From: Lawsonibacter sp.
GTDB taxonomy: Bacteria; Bacillota; Clostridia; Oscillospirales; Oscillospiraceae
Direction of reading: 5' to 3'
Assembly (NCBI GenBank): GCA_045601925.1
Contig: JAZSAP010000092.1
Coordinates: 1,723 to 65,722, forward strand
DNA: 64,000 nt
The translations under genes were made by a program, and so were the position numbers. The first letter of the stretch is position 1; each line of letters starts with the position of its first letter. A model generated the notes under the pieces. That model was not told the DNA's origin. It worked only from the letters and a program-made list of their open reading frames with translations, and searched no databases. Shown here piece by piece: positions 12,436-23,083 of this stretch.

Positions 12436-13803
12436 GTGCCACAATGGAAAAAGAATGACATCTGCACTTTGGATATCACCGGCTACACCAACGACGGCAT
12501 GGGCGTTGCCCGACTGGACGGCCTTGTGGTCTTCGTCCCCCGCACCATCCGCGGTGAGCAATGGAAGGCCCAGCTGCTGAAAGTGAACAAAAACGTGGCT
12601 TGGGGTCGCGGGGTAGAACTGCTGTCCCCCTCCCCCGCCCGCATCGAACCCGATTGTCCCCACTTCGGTCCCTGCGGCGGCTGTCAGTTCCGCCACATGG
12701 ACTACGCCGAGGAGCTCAACGCCAAACGCCAGCAGGTGGAGGACGCCCTACGCCGCATCGGCGGGGTGGACATCGCTGTATCTGCCATCCACGGAGCGAA
12801 AGAGACCTGCCGCTACCGCAACAAGGTGCAGTTCCCCGTGGCAGGTGAAGCGGGCGATGTGCGCTTGGGCCTGTTCCGCAGCCGCAGCCATCAGGTGCTG
12901 GACGTGGCCGACTGCCTGCTGCAGAGTGAGGGGGCCAACCGCCTTGGCCGGGCTTTGAAGGCGTGGCTGGAGCAGAATGACATTGCCCCCTACGATGAAG
13001 CCACCGGCCAAGGGTTGGTGCGACACCTGTTCGTGCGGTCCAACCGAGTGGGGCAGCATCTGGCCTGTGTGGTGGTCAACGGCAAAAAGCTGCCTGACGA
13101 GGGCGGTCTGGTTGCCGCTCTGCGCACTGCCGAACCGGGCCTTGTGGGCGTGGTACTGAACGTCAACCGGGAGGACACCAACGTGGTGCTGGGCGACCGC
13201 TATCGCACCCTTTGGGGTGAGGACCGACTGGAGCAGACCCTGTGCGGCAAAACCTTCCGCCTGTCCGTCCCTTCCTTCTTCCAGATCAATCCCCACCAGA
13301 CCGAGGTGCTGTACGGCAGAGCGGTGGACTTTGCCGGTCTGACCGGCCGCGAAACGGTACTGGACCTCTACTGCGGCATCGGCACCATCAGTTTGGCCCT
13401 GGCCGACCGGGCAGGCCGTGTCATCGGTGCAGAGATCGTGCCGGAGGCCATCGAGGACGCCAAAGAAAACGCCCGCCGCAACGGCGTGACCAACGCGGAG
13501 TTTTTCTGCGGTGACGCCGGTGAAATTGCCAAAAGGCTGGCCGACGAAGGTGTGCGGCCCGATGTTATCTGCGTGGACCCGCCCCGCAAGGGCCTTGCCC
13601 CCGGGGTGACCGACATTTTGGCCCATATGGCCCCGGAGCGCATCGTGTACGTGTCCTGCGACCCGGCCACTTTGGCCCGGGACGTGAAGTTGCTGACCGC
13701 TCGCGGCTATACTGTGCAGCGTGCCGAGGCGGTGGACCTGTTTCCCCGGACGCACCATGTGGAGAGTGTGGTACTGCTGGAAAGAAACGAGGTTTCCCCA
13801 TGA
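12436..13803 (+). CDS. rlmD: 23S rRNA (uracil-5)-methyltransferase RlmD/RlmCD
   Basis: TRAM domain, CPHFGPCGGC Fe-S motif, SFFQIN, LDLYCGIGT, DPPRKG, YVSC and DLFPRTHHVE. Confidence 0.93.
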   Translation: MPQWKKNDICTLDITGYTNDGMGVARLDGLVVFVPRTIRGEQWKAQLLKVNKNVAWGRGVELLSPSPARIEPDCPHFGPCGGCQFRHMDYAEELNAKRQQVEDALRRIGGVDIAVSAIHGAKETCRYRNKVQFPVAGEAGDVRLGLFRSRSHQVLDVADCLLQSEGANRLGRALKAWLEQNDIAPYDEATGQGLVRHLFVRSNRVGQHLACVVVNGKKLPDEGGLVAALRTAEPGLVGVVLNVNREDTNVVLGDRYRTLWGEDRLEQTLCGKTFRLSVPSFFQINPHQTEVLYGRAVDFAGLTGRETVLDLYCGIGTISLALADRAGRVIGAEIVPEAIEDAKENARRNGVTNAEFFCGDAGEIAKRLADEGVRPDVICVDPPRKGLAPGVTDILAHMAPERIVYVSCDPATLARDVKLLTARGYTVQRAEAVDLFPRTHHVESVVLLERNEVSP

Positions 13804-14204
13804 ATTATTCCATCCTTGAAGGAGCAGACAAACTCCCCCTTGCCAGTGTTATGGCTCTTTTGAAGCAAACCTACTGGGCCGACAAGCGCACGCCGGAGCA
13901 GGTTCAGCGTTCTATGGACAACTCCCGGTGCTATGGCGTGTACTGCAATGATGACAAAAAGCTGGTCGGCTTCGCCCGGGTGATTTCCGACTTCGCCACC
14001 ACATACTATCTGTGCGACGTGGTGATCGACAGGGACTATCAGCACAACGGTCTTGGTACCGCACTGGTTTCCCACATCGAAAATTTGCCGGAATATCAAG
14101 GTCTGCGTGGTATTTTGATCACCCGGGATGCCCATACTTTGTATGAAAAGTTCGGCTATCAGACCCTCAACGGCCGTGCTATGGTCAAGGGAATGAATTG
14201 CTGA
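13800..14204 (+). CDS. GNAT family N-acetyltransferase
   Basis: VGFARVISD, YLCDV, YQHNGLG and LYEKFGY. Confidence 0.88.
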   Translation: MNYSILEGADKLPLASVMALLKQTYWADKRTPEQVQRSMDNSRCYGVYCNDDKKLVGFARVISDFATTYYLCDVVIDRDYQHNGLGTALVSHIENLPEYQGLRGILITRDAHTLYEKFGYQTLNGRAMVKGMNC

Positions 14205-14247
14205 CACACTACCGATAACCCAATTCACAGAAAGAAGGAACAAACAA

Positions 14248-15183
14248 ATGGATATCCTGCTGCAGCTTGTATTGCTTGCCGTTGGCTTTTTGATGCTGGT
14301 CAAGGGCGCGGACTGGTTCGTGGACGGTGCCTCCGGCATCGCCGACCGCTTCGGCATCCCCCAGCTGGTCATCGGTCTGACCATCGTGGCCATGGGCACC
14401 AGCGCGCCGGAGGCCGCCGTGAGCATCACCGCCGCCCTGAAGGGCACCGCCGACATCGCCATCGGCAACGTGGTGGGCAGCAACATCATAAACGTGCTGA
14501 TCATTCTGGGCCTGGCTGCCACCATCACCCCCATCGCTGTGGCCAAGTCCACCGTCCGGTACGAGATCCCCTTTATGCTGGTCATCACCCTGCTGCTGAT
14601 GGGCCTCGGCTATATGGGCGGCACGGTCAACCTGTGGGAGGGCATCGTGCTGTGGGTGTTCTTCATTGCCTATCTGCTGTACATGCTGTGGCTGGCCAAG
14701 ACCGGTCAGGCGGAGTCGGAGCAGATCGAGGTCAAGGGTTCTGTGTGGAAGATGCTGCTTATGGTCATCGTGGGCCTTGTGCTGATCGTATGGGGCAGCG
14801 ATGTGACCGTGGATGCCGCCACCAACCTGGCCAAGGCCTTCGGTGTCAGCGACCGGTTCATCGGCCTGACCATCGTGGCCCTGGGCACCTCCCTGCCCGA
14901 GCTGTTCACCTCCGTGGCCGCCGCCCGCAAGGGCAAGGCGGACATCGCCATCGGCAACATCGTGGGCAGCAATATTTTCAACATCCTGTTCGTCATCGGC
15001 TCCTCCGCCCTCATCATCCCCATCACCTTTGTTTCCAGCTTTGTGGTGGATTGCCTTGTGGCGGTGGCCGCCGGGGTGCTGCTGTGGCTGTTTGTGTTCC
15101 GCAAGCAGAAGCTGACCCGGACGGGTGGCATCACCATGCTGGCCTGCTACGCGGCGTATTCTGTCTATCTTTTGTGTGTATGA
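14248..15183 (+). CDS. Calcium/sodium antiporter (YrbG family)
   Basis: Two alpha repeats, GTSAPE/GTSLPE and GNVVGSN/GNIVGSN. Confidence 0.93.
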   Translation: MDILLQLVLLAVGFLMLVKGADWFVDGASGIADRFGIPQLVIGLTIVAMGTSAPEAAVSITAALKGTADIAIGNVVGSNIINVLIILGLAATITPIAVAKSTVRYEIPFMLVITLLLMGLGYMGGTVNLWEGIVLWVFFIAYLLYMLWLAKTGQAESEQIEVKGSVWKMLLMVIVGLVLIVWGSDVTVDAATNLAKAFGVSDRFIGLTIVALGTSLPELFTSVAAARKGKADIAIGNIVGSNIFNILFVIGSSALIIPITFVSSFVVDCLVAVAAGVLLWLFVFRKQKLTRTGGITMLACYAAYSVYLLCV

Positions 15184-15193
15184 CAGCTTTTTG

Positions 15194-15224
15194 AAAGGGC
15201 GCGGCCTGTGGCCGCGCCCTTTTT
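15194..15224 (+). terminator. Intrinsic terminator
   Basis: aaagggcgcggcc-tgt-ggccgcgcccttttt. Confidence 0.85.
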
Positions 15225-15336
15225 CTTTGTGTTTTCGGTATTTTTCTCTTGTTATCTTGGGCGAAATATGATATTCTTTGTAACAGCGTTGCGCCGTACC
15301 GGCGCTTTGATACCAGAGAAACGGAAGGTACTGACT

Positions 15337-16686
15337 ATGAGCGAGAAAAGAAGCAGCTTTTCCGGCCGCATCGGCTTTGTGCTGGCCGCGGCAGGCAGCG
15401 CGGTGGGTCTTGGCAACCTGTGGCGCTTCCCCTACCTGGCCGCATCCCACGGCGGCGGCATTTTTATTTTGTGCTACATCATTTTGGCTCTGACCTTCGG
15501 CTTTGCCCTGATGACCACCGAAATCGCCATCGGCCGTAAGACCGGCCTGAGCTGTATCGGCGCCTATCAGACCCTCAGCCGCAAGTTCACCTTCCTTGGC
15601 TACGTGGCATGGCTGGTGCCCATCATCATCCTGCCCTATTACTCCGTCATCGGCGGCTGGGTGTGCAAGTATATCAGCGTCTATCTCACCGGCCAGGCCC
15701 AGGCCGCTGCCGCGGACGGCGGTGCCTTCTTCGGTGTCTTTATCTCCAACCCCGGCGAGCCTTTGGGTTGGTTCTTCCTGTTCCTTGCCCTGACCGCCGT
15801 GGCGGTGCTGCTGGGCGTGGAAAAGGGCGTGGAAAAGGTCAGCAAGTGGATGATGCCCATCCTGATCGTGCTGATCGTCGCCATCTGCGTGTACGTGCTG
15901 ACTATGGACGGCGCCGTGCAGGGTCTGAAGTACTACCTGGTACCCGACTTCTCCAAGTTCTCCCTGTCCACCATCACCGCCGCCATGGGCCAGCTGTTCT
16001 ACTCCATGAGTCTGGCCATGGGCATTATGATCACCTACGGCTCCTATACCCGCAAGGACGTGAATTTGGTCAAGTCTGTCAACCAGATCGAGCTGTTTGA
16101 CACCGGCGTGGCCATGCTGGCCGGTCTGATGATCATTCCCACCGTCTTTGCCTTCCAGGGCGAGGCCGGCCTGTCCGCCGCCGGCCCCGGCCTGATGTTC
16201 CAGTCCCTGCCCATGATCTTCGCCGAAATGCCCGGCGGCCAGTTCGTGGGTCTTGCCTTCTTCGTGCTGGTGCTGTTCGCCGCCCTGACCAGCTCCATCT
16301 CCCTGATGGAGACCATCGTGTCCATGTTCATGGACAAGCTGAAGCTGGGCCGCAAGACCGCCTGCCTGCTGGTTCTGGCGGTGTGCCTGGTGCTGGGTGT
16401 GCCCTCCTCCATGGGCAACGGTCTGTGGAGCCACATCACCCTGCTGGGTCGCGACTTCCTGTCTTTCTTCGACTTCATCAGCAACAACGTGATCATGCCC
16501 ATCGTGGCTCTGCTGACCTGCATCCTCATCGGCTGGGTCATCGGCACCAAGACCGTCACCGACGAGGTCACCCTCAACGGCGAGAAGTTCGGCCGCAAGC
16601 GCCTGTACGAGATCATGGTCAAGTACCTGGCCCCTCTCTTCTTGATCATCATCCTGCTGGAGGGCATCGGCATCCTCAAGGTATAA
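15337..16686 (+). CDS. Sodium-dependent transporter (NSS/SNF family)
   Basis: AGSAVGLGNLWRFPY signature, many TM helices, and AALTSSISLME. Confidence 0.93.
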   Translation: MSEKRSSFSGRIGFVLAAAGSAVGLGNLWRFPYLAASHGGGIFILCYIILALTFGFALMTTEIAIGRKTGLSCIGAYQTLSRKFTFLGYVAWLVPIIILPYYSVIGGWVCKYISVYLTGQAQAAAADGGAFFGVFISNPGEPLGWFFLFLALTAVAVLLGVEKGVEKVSKWMMPILIVLIVAICVYVLTMDGAVQGLKYYLVPDFSKFSLSTITAAMGQLFYSMSLAMGIMITYGSYTRKDVNLVKSVNQIELFDTGVAMLAGLMIIPTVFAFQGEAGLSAAGPGLMFQSLPMIFAEMPGGQFVGLAFFVLVLFAALTSSISLMETIVSMFMDKLKLGRKTACLLVLAVCLVLGVPSSMGNGLWSHITLLGRDFLSFFDFISNNVIMPIVALLTCILIGWVIGTKTVTDEVTLNGEKFGRKRLYEIMVKYLAPLFLIIILLEGIGILKV

Positions 16687-16695
16687 ACACACATC

Positions 16696-16729
16696 AAAAC
16701 CGCAGACCGTTGACTCGGTCTGCGGTTTT
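16696..16729 (+). terminator. Intrinsic terminator
   Basis: aaaaccgcagaccg-ttgact-cggtctgcggtttt. Confidence 0.75.
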
Positions 16730-16755
16730 CATCCCAAAGAAAGGTGGTGCGCCCA

Positions 16756-18114
16756 ATGGGTATCCGGCACCGTGAAGTGGATATGCTGGGCGGTTCCCTC
16801 CCCCGCAACCTGCTTCGTTTTGTTCTACCGCTGATGTTGGCGGGTATGCTGCAGCAGGCCTTTAATACCGCCGACGTCATCGTGGTGGGCAAGTTCGTGG
16901 GCGACATCGCTTTGGCCGCCGTCAGTTCCAATGGCGCGCTGATCAGCCTGCTGGTCAATGTGTTCATCTGCCTGTCCATCGGCTTGAATGCCGATGTGGC
17001 CAATGCCATCGGCCGGGGTGACCGCCAGCGGGTGAAGGAGTCCCTCCATACCGGCTTGCTGCTGGGTCTGCTTGGTGGCGTATTTTTGGCCGTGTTCGGC
17101 TGGTTTGCCGCCCCTGTGCTGCTGCGTTGGACGGGCACGCCGGACAGCGTATTTGACCAGGCGGTACTCTATCTGCGCATCTACCTGCTGGGCGCCCCGG
17201 CAGGTCTTGCGTACAACTTCGGTTCCGCCGCCCTGCGTGGCAATGGCGACACCCGCCGCCCGCTGAACTTTTTGACCATCTCCGGCCTGGTCAACGTGCT
17301 GCTGAACCTGTTCTTCGTCATCGTGCTGCACTGGGGCGTGGCCGGGGTGGCCGCCGCCACCTCCATTTCCCAGCTGGTGTCCGCCTTTTTGGTGCTGCGC
17401 TGCCTATCCCAGGAGGAGGACCTGCTGCACTTCGACCCCCACCAGCTGCGCATCGTCTCGGCCAGTTTGGGCCGCATCTGCGCCGTGGGCATCCCCGCCG
17501 CCTGCCAGGGCGTCGTGGTTTCCCTGTCCAACACGGTCATCCAGTCCTCCGTCAACTCCCTGGGTGAGGTATTTATGGCCGCCTCCGGCGCCGCTGCCAA
17601 CATCGAGAACTTTGTCTGGATCGCCATGAACACCTTCCATCAGGCCTCTATAACCTTTGTCAGCGCCGCACGCGGTGCCGGTCAGCTGCGTCGCACGGAC
17701 AAAATCGCAGGCTGGAATCTCCTGCTGGTCACCATGTTCGGCCTCGCCCTCGGCGCACTGGTCACCCTGTTCGGCCCGTGGCTGCTGGCCCTGTTTACCG
17801 ACACACCCGCGGCGTTGTCACAGGGTCATGTCCGTCTTGCCATTGTGTGTCTGCCCTACTTCATTTACGGCATGACCGATGTGATCACCGGCGCTTTGCG
17901 CGGTCTGGGCAGTTCCATTTCCCCCATGCTGGTCACTATTTTTGGCATGTGCGGTCTGCGCTTTGTGTGGTGCACTGCCATTTTCCCCCTGTATCGCACC
18001 GGCCCCATGCTGATGATCTGCTACCCCATTACTTGGTGCATCGTCTTGATCGCACTGCTGGTTTGCTTCTTCCTGGTCCGCCATCGAGTCTACAAGCGAA
18101 ACGGCTTGCTGTAA
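16756..18114 (+). CDS. MATE family efflux transporter
   Basis: About 12 TM segments, LRGNGDTRRPL, GVAGVAAAT and LRGLG motifs. Confidence 0.9.
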   Translation: MGIRHREVDMLGGSLPRNLLRFVLPLMLAGMLQQAFNTADVIVVGKFVGDIALAAVSSNGALISLLVNVFICLSIGLNADVANAIGRGDRQRVKESLHTGLLLGLLGGVFLAVFGWFAAPVLLRWTGTPDSVFDQAVLYLRIYLLGAPAGLAYNFGSAALRGNGDTRRPLNFLTISGLVNVLLNLFFVIVLHWGVAGVAAATSISQLVSAFLVLRCLSQEEDLLHFDPHQLRIVSASLGRICAVGIPAACQGVVVSLSNTVIQSSVNSLGEVFMAASGAAANIENFVWIAMNTFHQASITFVSAARGAGQLRRTDKIAGWNLLLVTMFGLALGALVTLFGPWLLALFTDTPAALSQGHVRLAIVCLPYFIYGMTDVITGALRGLGSSISPMLVTIFGMCGLRFVWCTAIFPLYRTGPMLMICYPITWCIVLIALLVCFFLVRHRVYKRNGLL

Positions 18115-18119
18115 ATACA

Positions 18120-18158
18120 AAAACACCCTGTGCAGTACAGTTCTGCACAGGGTGTTTT
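18120..18158. terminator. Bidirectional terminator
   Basis: aaaacaccctgtgcag...ctgcacagggtgtttt between convergent genes. Confidence 0.85.
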
Positions 18159-18171
18159 ATTGTTTGCGGAA

Positions 18172-18609
18172 TTACTCCTCCAGGGCGGCGATGCCGTCCA
18201 CGCGGCGCTGATGGCGGCCGCCTTCAAACTCGGTGGTCAGGAACACGTCCACCAGTCGCTCGGCCATGTTGGGGCCAATCATACCCGCGCCCATTGCCAG
18301 CATATTGGCATTGTTGTGGCGGCGGGTCATCTCGGCAGACAGGGGCTCGGAACACAGGGCGCAGCGGATCCCCTTGATTTTGTTGGCGCTGATGGAAATA
18401 CCGATGCCGCTGGTGCAGATGACGATGCCCCGCTCACATTCACCGCTGGCCACGGCCCGGGCGGCGGCGCCGCCGAACTCGGGGTAGTCGCAGCTGTCCA
18501 GGCTGTTGCAGCCGCAGTCCACGATCTCGTGGCCCTTGTCAGTCAGGTACTTCTTGACGTGCTCCTTCAGCAGGTAGCCGCCGTGGTCACACCCCATAGA
18601 AATCTTCAT
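18172..18609 (-). CDS. rpiB: Ribose-5-phosphate isomerase B
   Basis: GCDHGG, DYP, CTSGIG, ANK, RHNNAN and FEGGRHQRR. Confidence 0.95.
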   Translation of the reverse strand: MKISMGCDHGGYLLKEHVKKYLTDKGHEIVDCGCNSLDSCDYPEFGGAAARAVASGECERGIVICTSGIGISISANKIKGIRCALCSEPLSAEMTRRHNNANMLAMGAGMIGPNMAERLVDVFLTTEFEGGRHQRRVDGIAALEE

Positions 18610-18630
18610 TTTTATTTTCCTCCTTCAAAT

Positions 18631-19434
18631 TCAAATCGGTATGAATTCCGGCCTGCGCCGGCGATACACAGTATAATAGCGAAAGCCCAGTTCCTTCAAA
18701 AACAGCGCCGCGCCCTCAATGCCCTTGCCGATATCCGACCGCACGTGGGCATCAGACCCCAGGGTGACGATCTCGCCCCCCAGACGGCGATACATCTGCA
18801 AAATGGGACGATACACCTCCAGCGTCTTGCCCCGGTTGGTGTTGACCTCGATGCCCGCGCCCCGGTGAATGAGGTTGGTCAGGATAACCTCCAGCCGGTC
18901 GCGGTACCGGTCCAAAGTAACGTGGTTGCGGTCCCGGTCGTTCATGTAGCGCAGGGTGTAGGGAATGTGGGCCAATATGTCAATAAACTCCAGCTTGGAC
19001 AGGGCCAGCAGCGCATCGAAATAGTCATCCAGCGCCCGGTGACAGGTGTCCTCATCCTCATAGTGCCACAAGGCAAAGTCCTGCCGGTCGTAGCGCTGGC
19101 TCATATTATGGGCCGAACCCACCACCAAGTCGAGGGGCGCCTGACTGAGCAGGTTGCGGACCCGCTGGGGAAACTGATGGGCCACGTTTATCTCACCGCC
19201 CAGCCGCAGCTCCACATCCTTGGGGCCATGCTCCTGCCAGTAGCGGTGCTGGGCCAACAAAGGCGCCCAGTCCCAGTCCGGCCACAGCACGCCGTCCCGG
19301 CTGACGAGGTCCAAGTGGTCGGTGGTACACACCATGGACAGGCCCACCCGGGCCGCCTGAACCAAAATCTGCCCTAAATCGGCGTCGCTATCCGGGGAGC
19401 AGCCTGTGTGGTTGTGGCAATCTGCCAGGTACAT
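18631..19434 (-). CDS. PHP-domain phosphatase, histidinol-phosphatase HisJ family
   Basis: DCHNHT, TTDH, GSAH, LAH, EVNT and LGSDAH. Confidence 0.85.
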   Translation of the reverse strand: MYLADCHNHTGCSPDSDADLGQILVQAARVGLSMVCTTDHLDLVSRDGVLWPDWDWAPLLAQHRYWQEHGPKDVELRLGGEINVAHQFPQRVRNLLSQAPLDLVVGSAHNMSQRYDRQDFALWHYEDEDTCHRALDDYFDALLALSKLEFIDILAHIPYTLRYMNDRDRNHVTLDRYRDRLEVILTNLIHRGAGIEVNTNRGKTLEVYRPILQMYRRLGGEIVTLGSDAHVRSDIGKGIEGAALFLKELGFRYYTVYRRRRPEFIPI

Positions 19435-19503
19435 GGTTCATACGCCTCCAAACTTCCTGCACCATTGTAGGCGATTTTCCCGTTCTTTGCAAGGGAAAAA
19501 TAC

Positions 19504-19540
19504 AAAAAACGGGGCAGACCTGCGGTCTGCCCCATTTTTT
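19504..19540 (-). terminator. Intrinsic terminator after glgP
   Basis: aaaaaacggggcagacc-tgc-ggtctgccccatttttt. Confidence 0.8.
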
Positions 19541-19543
19541 CGT

Positions 19544-21961
19544 TTACCCGCGGGTGGGCACGTGCCAAATATCCTTGGCATAGTCCCGGATGGAACGGTC
19601 GGCGGCAAAGATGCCGGACCGGGCGATGTTGGTCAGGGCCATTTGGTTCCACAGGGTGCGGTCGTTGTAGGTCAGACCCGCCCGCTCCTGGGCCTGGCGA
19701 TAGCTTTCAAAGTCGGCCAGCAGCATATACTCGTCGCCGCCGAACAGCAGCCGGTTGGTCAGGCTGTCATAGGCCACACCGTCGTCAAAGCCCCGGGCAA
19801 TGCGGTCGATGACCTCCTTCAGGGCGGGGTTATTGTTGTAGTACTCATAGGCCTGATAGCCCATGCGCTTCTTCTCCGCCACCTCGTCGGCGGTCAGGCC
19901 GAACAAGAAAATGTTCTCGTCGCCCACCTGCTGGTGCATCTCCACGTTGGCACCGTCCAGGGTACCGATGGTCAGGGCGCCGTTCATCATGAACTTCATG
20001 TTGCCGGTGCCGCTGGCCTCCTTGCCGGCGGTGGAAATCTGCTCGGACAGCTCGCTGGCGGGCATCAGCCGCTCGGCCAGGGATACGCGGTAGTTCTCCA
20101 AAAACACCACCTGCAGTCGGTCCTTGCACACGGGGTCGGCGTTGATGGTGGCCGCCAGGGAGTTGATCAGGTGGATGATTTCCTTGGCCACGTAGTAGCC
20201 GGGGGCGGCCTTCGCGCCGAACAGGAACACCCGGGGGGTCATGTTGAAGTTGGGGTTGCTCTTGAGCTGCTGATAGAGGTACACAATGTGCAGCACATTC
20301 AGCAGCTGGCGCTTATACTCATGCAGGCGCTTGACCTGCACGTCGAACATGGCGTCGGTGTTCAGGATAATACCGGTCTGGCTGACCACATAGCCGGCAA
20401 ACCGGCGCTTGTTCTCCTGCTTGATGGCGTCCAGCTCGGCCAGCACCGCCTTGTCATCGCGGTACTTTTCCAAGCCAAGCAGGGCATTGGGTCGCAGCAG
20501 ATAGTCCTTGCCGCCGGTGCAGCTGCAAATCAGCTTATCCAGTCGGGGGTTGATCTCGGATAGCCAGCGGCGGTGGTCGATGCCGTTGGTCACATTCTTG
20601 AACTTATCCGGCTCAATCGCGCAGGCATCCCGGAACACCTCACGGCGCAGGATATCGGAGTGGAGGGCGGACACGCCGTTGACCGCCTGGCAGGCGCAGA
20701 TGCACAGGTTTGCCATGCGCACCTGACCGTCCCAAATGATGGCCATGTGGGCCACCTTGCCCGGATCGTTGGGGAATTTCTGCTCCAGTTCAAACTGGTA
20801 GCGACCGGCGATCTCCACCAAAATCATCCAAATGCGGGGCAGCAGCGTCTCGATCAGCTGCTGGGGCCAGCGCTCCAGCGCCTCGGCCAGCACGGTGTGG
20901 TTGGTGTAGCACACGCAGTTGGTCACAATGTGCCAGGACTCCTCCCAGCCGTAACCCTCCTCGTCAATGAGGATGCGCATCAGCTCGGGAATGACCAGGG
21001 TTGGGTGGGTGTCGTTGATCTGAATGACGTGCTTTTGATGGAAGTTGCGCAAAGTGCCGTACTGTGCCTTGTGCTGGCGGCAAATGGACTGGACCGTGGC
21101 AGACACGAAGAAATACTGCTGCTTCAGGCGCAGGGACTTGCCCTCGTAGTGGTCGTCGGCGGGGTTCAGCATCTTGTCTATGACCTCGGCCATGGCCTTT
21201 TTCTCCACCGCCTTGAGATACTCGCCGGAGGAGTAGTACTGCATATCCACAGGAACAGGGCTCTTGGCGTCCCACAGGCGCAGGGTGTTGGTGTGGTCGG
21301 TACCGTAACCGGCAATGATCATGTCGCGGGGCACGGCCAGCACCTCGGTGCCGCCGGTGTGGGTCACGGTGGCATGGTCATTTTCCCACTGCACGTCCAC
21401 GTGGCCTCCAAAGCGGACGGTCTGTACCTCGTCCATCTTGTTGATCAGCCAGGCCTCGCCGGGTTCCAGCCAGTTGTCGGGCAGCTCCACCTGCTGGCCG
21501 TCGATGATCTTCTGCTTGAAGATGCCCAGTTCGTAGCAGATGGAATAACCGGTGGCGGGGATCTCCAGGGTGGTCATGGAGTCCAAATAACAGGCCGCCA
21601 AACGGCCCAGACCGCCGTTGCCAAGACCCGCATCAGGTTCCAGCTCAAAGATGTCGGCGGCGGCAAAGCCCATGTCGTCCAGGGCGCCGGTCAGCTCCTC
21701 CATCAGACCCAGGTTGTAGGCGTTCTTCATCAGAGAGCGGCCCATCAAGAACTCCAGTGACAGATAATGCACCTGCCGCTGGCCCTCCTTGCGGACGCGG
21801 CGGACCGTCTCGCCCTGACGGGTGTTCATAATGTCACGCAGCACCAGCGCGCAGCACTTGAACACCTGAGTGGGAGACGCAGTCTCCACGCTGCGGCCAA
21901 AGTGGCGGCTCAATTTACCGATAATCAGCTCTTTGAGCTGTTTTTTTGTGTATCCGGGCAT
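19544..21961 (-). CDS. glgP: Glycogen/starch/alpha-glucan phosphorylase
   Basis: GLGNGGLGRLAAC, INDTHP, KRLHEYKRQ and the PLP site EASGTGNMKFM. Confidence 0.97.
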   Translation of the reverse strand: MPGYTKKQLKELIIGKLSRHFGRSVETASPTQVFKCCALVLRDIMNTRQGETVRRVRKEGQRQVHYLSLEFLMGRSLMKNAYNLGLMEELTGALDDMGFAAADIFELEPDAGLGNGGLGRLAACYLDSMTTLEIPATGYSICYELGIFKQKIIDGQQVELPDNWLEPGEAWLINKMDEVQTVRFGGHVDVQWENDHATVTHTGGTEVLAVPRDMIIAGYGTDHTNTLRLWDAKSPVPVDMQYYSSGEYLKAVEKKAMAEVIDKMLNPADDHYEGKSLRLKQQYFFVSATVQSICRQHKAQYGTLRNFHQKHVIQINDTHPTLVIPELMRILIDEEGYGWEESWHIVTNCVCYTNHTVLAEALERWPQQLIETLLPRIWMILVEIAGRYQFELEQKFPNDPGKVAHMAIIWDGQVRMANLCICACQAVNGVSALHSDILRREVFRDACAIEPDKFKNVTNGIDHRRWLSEINPRLDKLICSCTGGKDYLLRPNALLGLEKYRDDKAVLAELDAIKQENKRRFAGYVVSQTGIILNTDAMFDVQVKRLHEYKRQLLNVLHIVYLYQQLKSNPNFNMTPRVFLFGAKAAPGYYVAKEIIHLINSLAATINADPVCKDRLQVVFLENYRVSLAERLMPASELSEQISTAGKEASGTGNMKFMMNGALTIGTLDGANVEMHQQVGDENIFLFGLTADEVAEKKRMGYQAYEYYNNNPALKEVIDRIARGFDDGVAYDSLTNRLLFGGDEYMLLADFESYRQAQERAGLTYNDRTLWNQMALTNIARSGIFAADRSIRDYAKDIWHVPTRG

Positions 21962-22064
21962 AAATTTGACCTCCTGTGGGATTTCTCCCATCCCGCCGAA
22001 ACGGGAAAATAATTAAAATATATTATACCAACTTTTGTATTCTGCGTCAATAAAAGGCTTTTAT

Positions 22065-22961
22065 TCACTCCACCAAAAAAGTCATGTCTTGGGGCATATT
22101 TTTCTCAAAAAACATCCGCTCGCCTGTAATCGGATGACAAAATGTCAGCCGGTATGCGTGCAGCGCTGTTCTCCTGATCCGTTCCGGACACTCTTTTCCG
22201 TACAGAAAATCCCCCACCAGCGGGTGTCCGATATGCGCCATATGCACCCGAATTTGGTGGGTTCGGCCTGTTCCCAGTACTAGACGCACCAAACTGCGCC
22301 CGTTGATACTTCGCAAAACTTCATAGTGGGTTTTGGCCGGTTTTCCGTCAGGACGCACCTGCTGCGCCATCAGCGACCCGTCCACGGGTCCAATCGGGGC
22401 ATCAACCGTCCCCAGCGCGGGCTCCGGAACCCCCTCACACACCGCAAGATAGGTGCGCACAAAGTCCGGTGTGTGCAGCTGCAGCTTCAGCCGCTCCTGG
22501 GCGTGGGCGTGCTTGGCACACACCAGCAGCCCGGAGGTCCCCCGATCCAGCCGATGCACCGGGTGAAAATCCGCCTGCTGCCCGGTTTTGATAAAATGCT
22601 GCACCAAAAAATTCCCCAGCGTATCATCGTAATGCCCCGGCCCCGGGTGGACGGACACCCCGGCAACCTTGTTGACCACCACAATATCCTCGTCCTCATA
22701 CATAATATCCACGTCACCCGGCACAGGTACAACGCCGCTTCGCCGCACGGGGTCGGAAAGTCGCACGGACAGCACCTGCCCCACTTGGGGAATAAATCGG
22801 GTGTTCACCCGCTGTCCATCCACCAAAATGCCATCGTCCAGCCACTTGATGCGCTTGATCACCGTGCCGGACAGATGCAGACGGCTGCGCAGCAGGGTGT
22901 CCACGCGCACACCCGCGCAGTCTTGCGTCACTGTAAATTCGATCCTGCGTTCCCGCTCCAA
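22065..22961 (-). CDS. RluA-family pseudouridine synthase
   Basis: S4-like N-terminus, VHRLDRGTSG, GRTHQIRVH and GHPLVGDFLYG. Probable TTG start after GGAGG. Confidence 0.92.
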   Translation of the reverse strand: MERERRIEFTVTQDCAGVRVDTLLRSRLHLSGTVIKRIKWLDDGILVDGQRVNTRFIPQVGQVLSVRLSDPVRRSGVVPVPGDVDIMYEDEDIVVVNKVAGVSVHPGPGHYDDTLGNFLVQHFIKTGQQADFHPVHRLDRGTSGLLVCAKHAHAQERLKLQLHTPDFVRTYLAVCEGVPEPALGTVDAPIGPVDGSLMAQQVRPDGKPAKTHYEVLRSINGRSLVRLVLGTGRTHQIRVHMAHIGHPLVGDFLYGKECPERIRRTALHAYRLTFCHPITGERMFFEKNMPQDMTFLVE

Positions 22962-23083
22962 GCCGCCGCACCTCCCTGCAAAAGTCATACCTCAAGAATA
23001 ACACGGCCCGCCCCCGGTTTCAATTGCATTTTTCCCGCTTTTTCTGTATAATTGTGCCACCAAGCCACAAAGGAAGTGTCCCC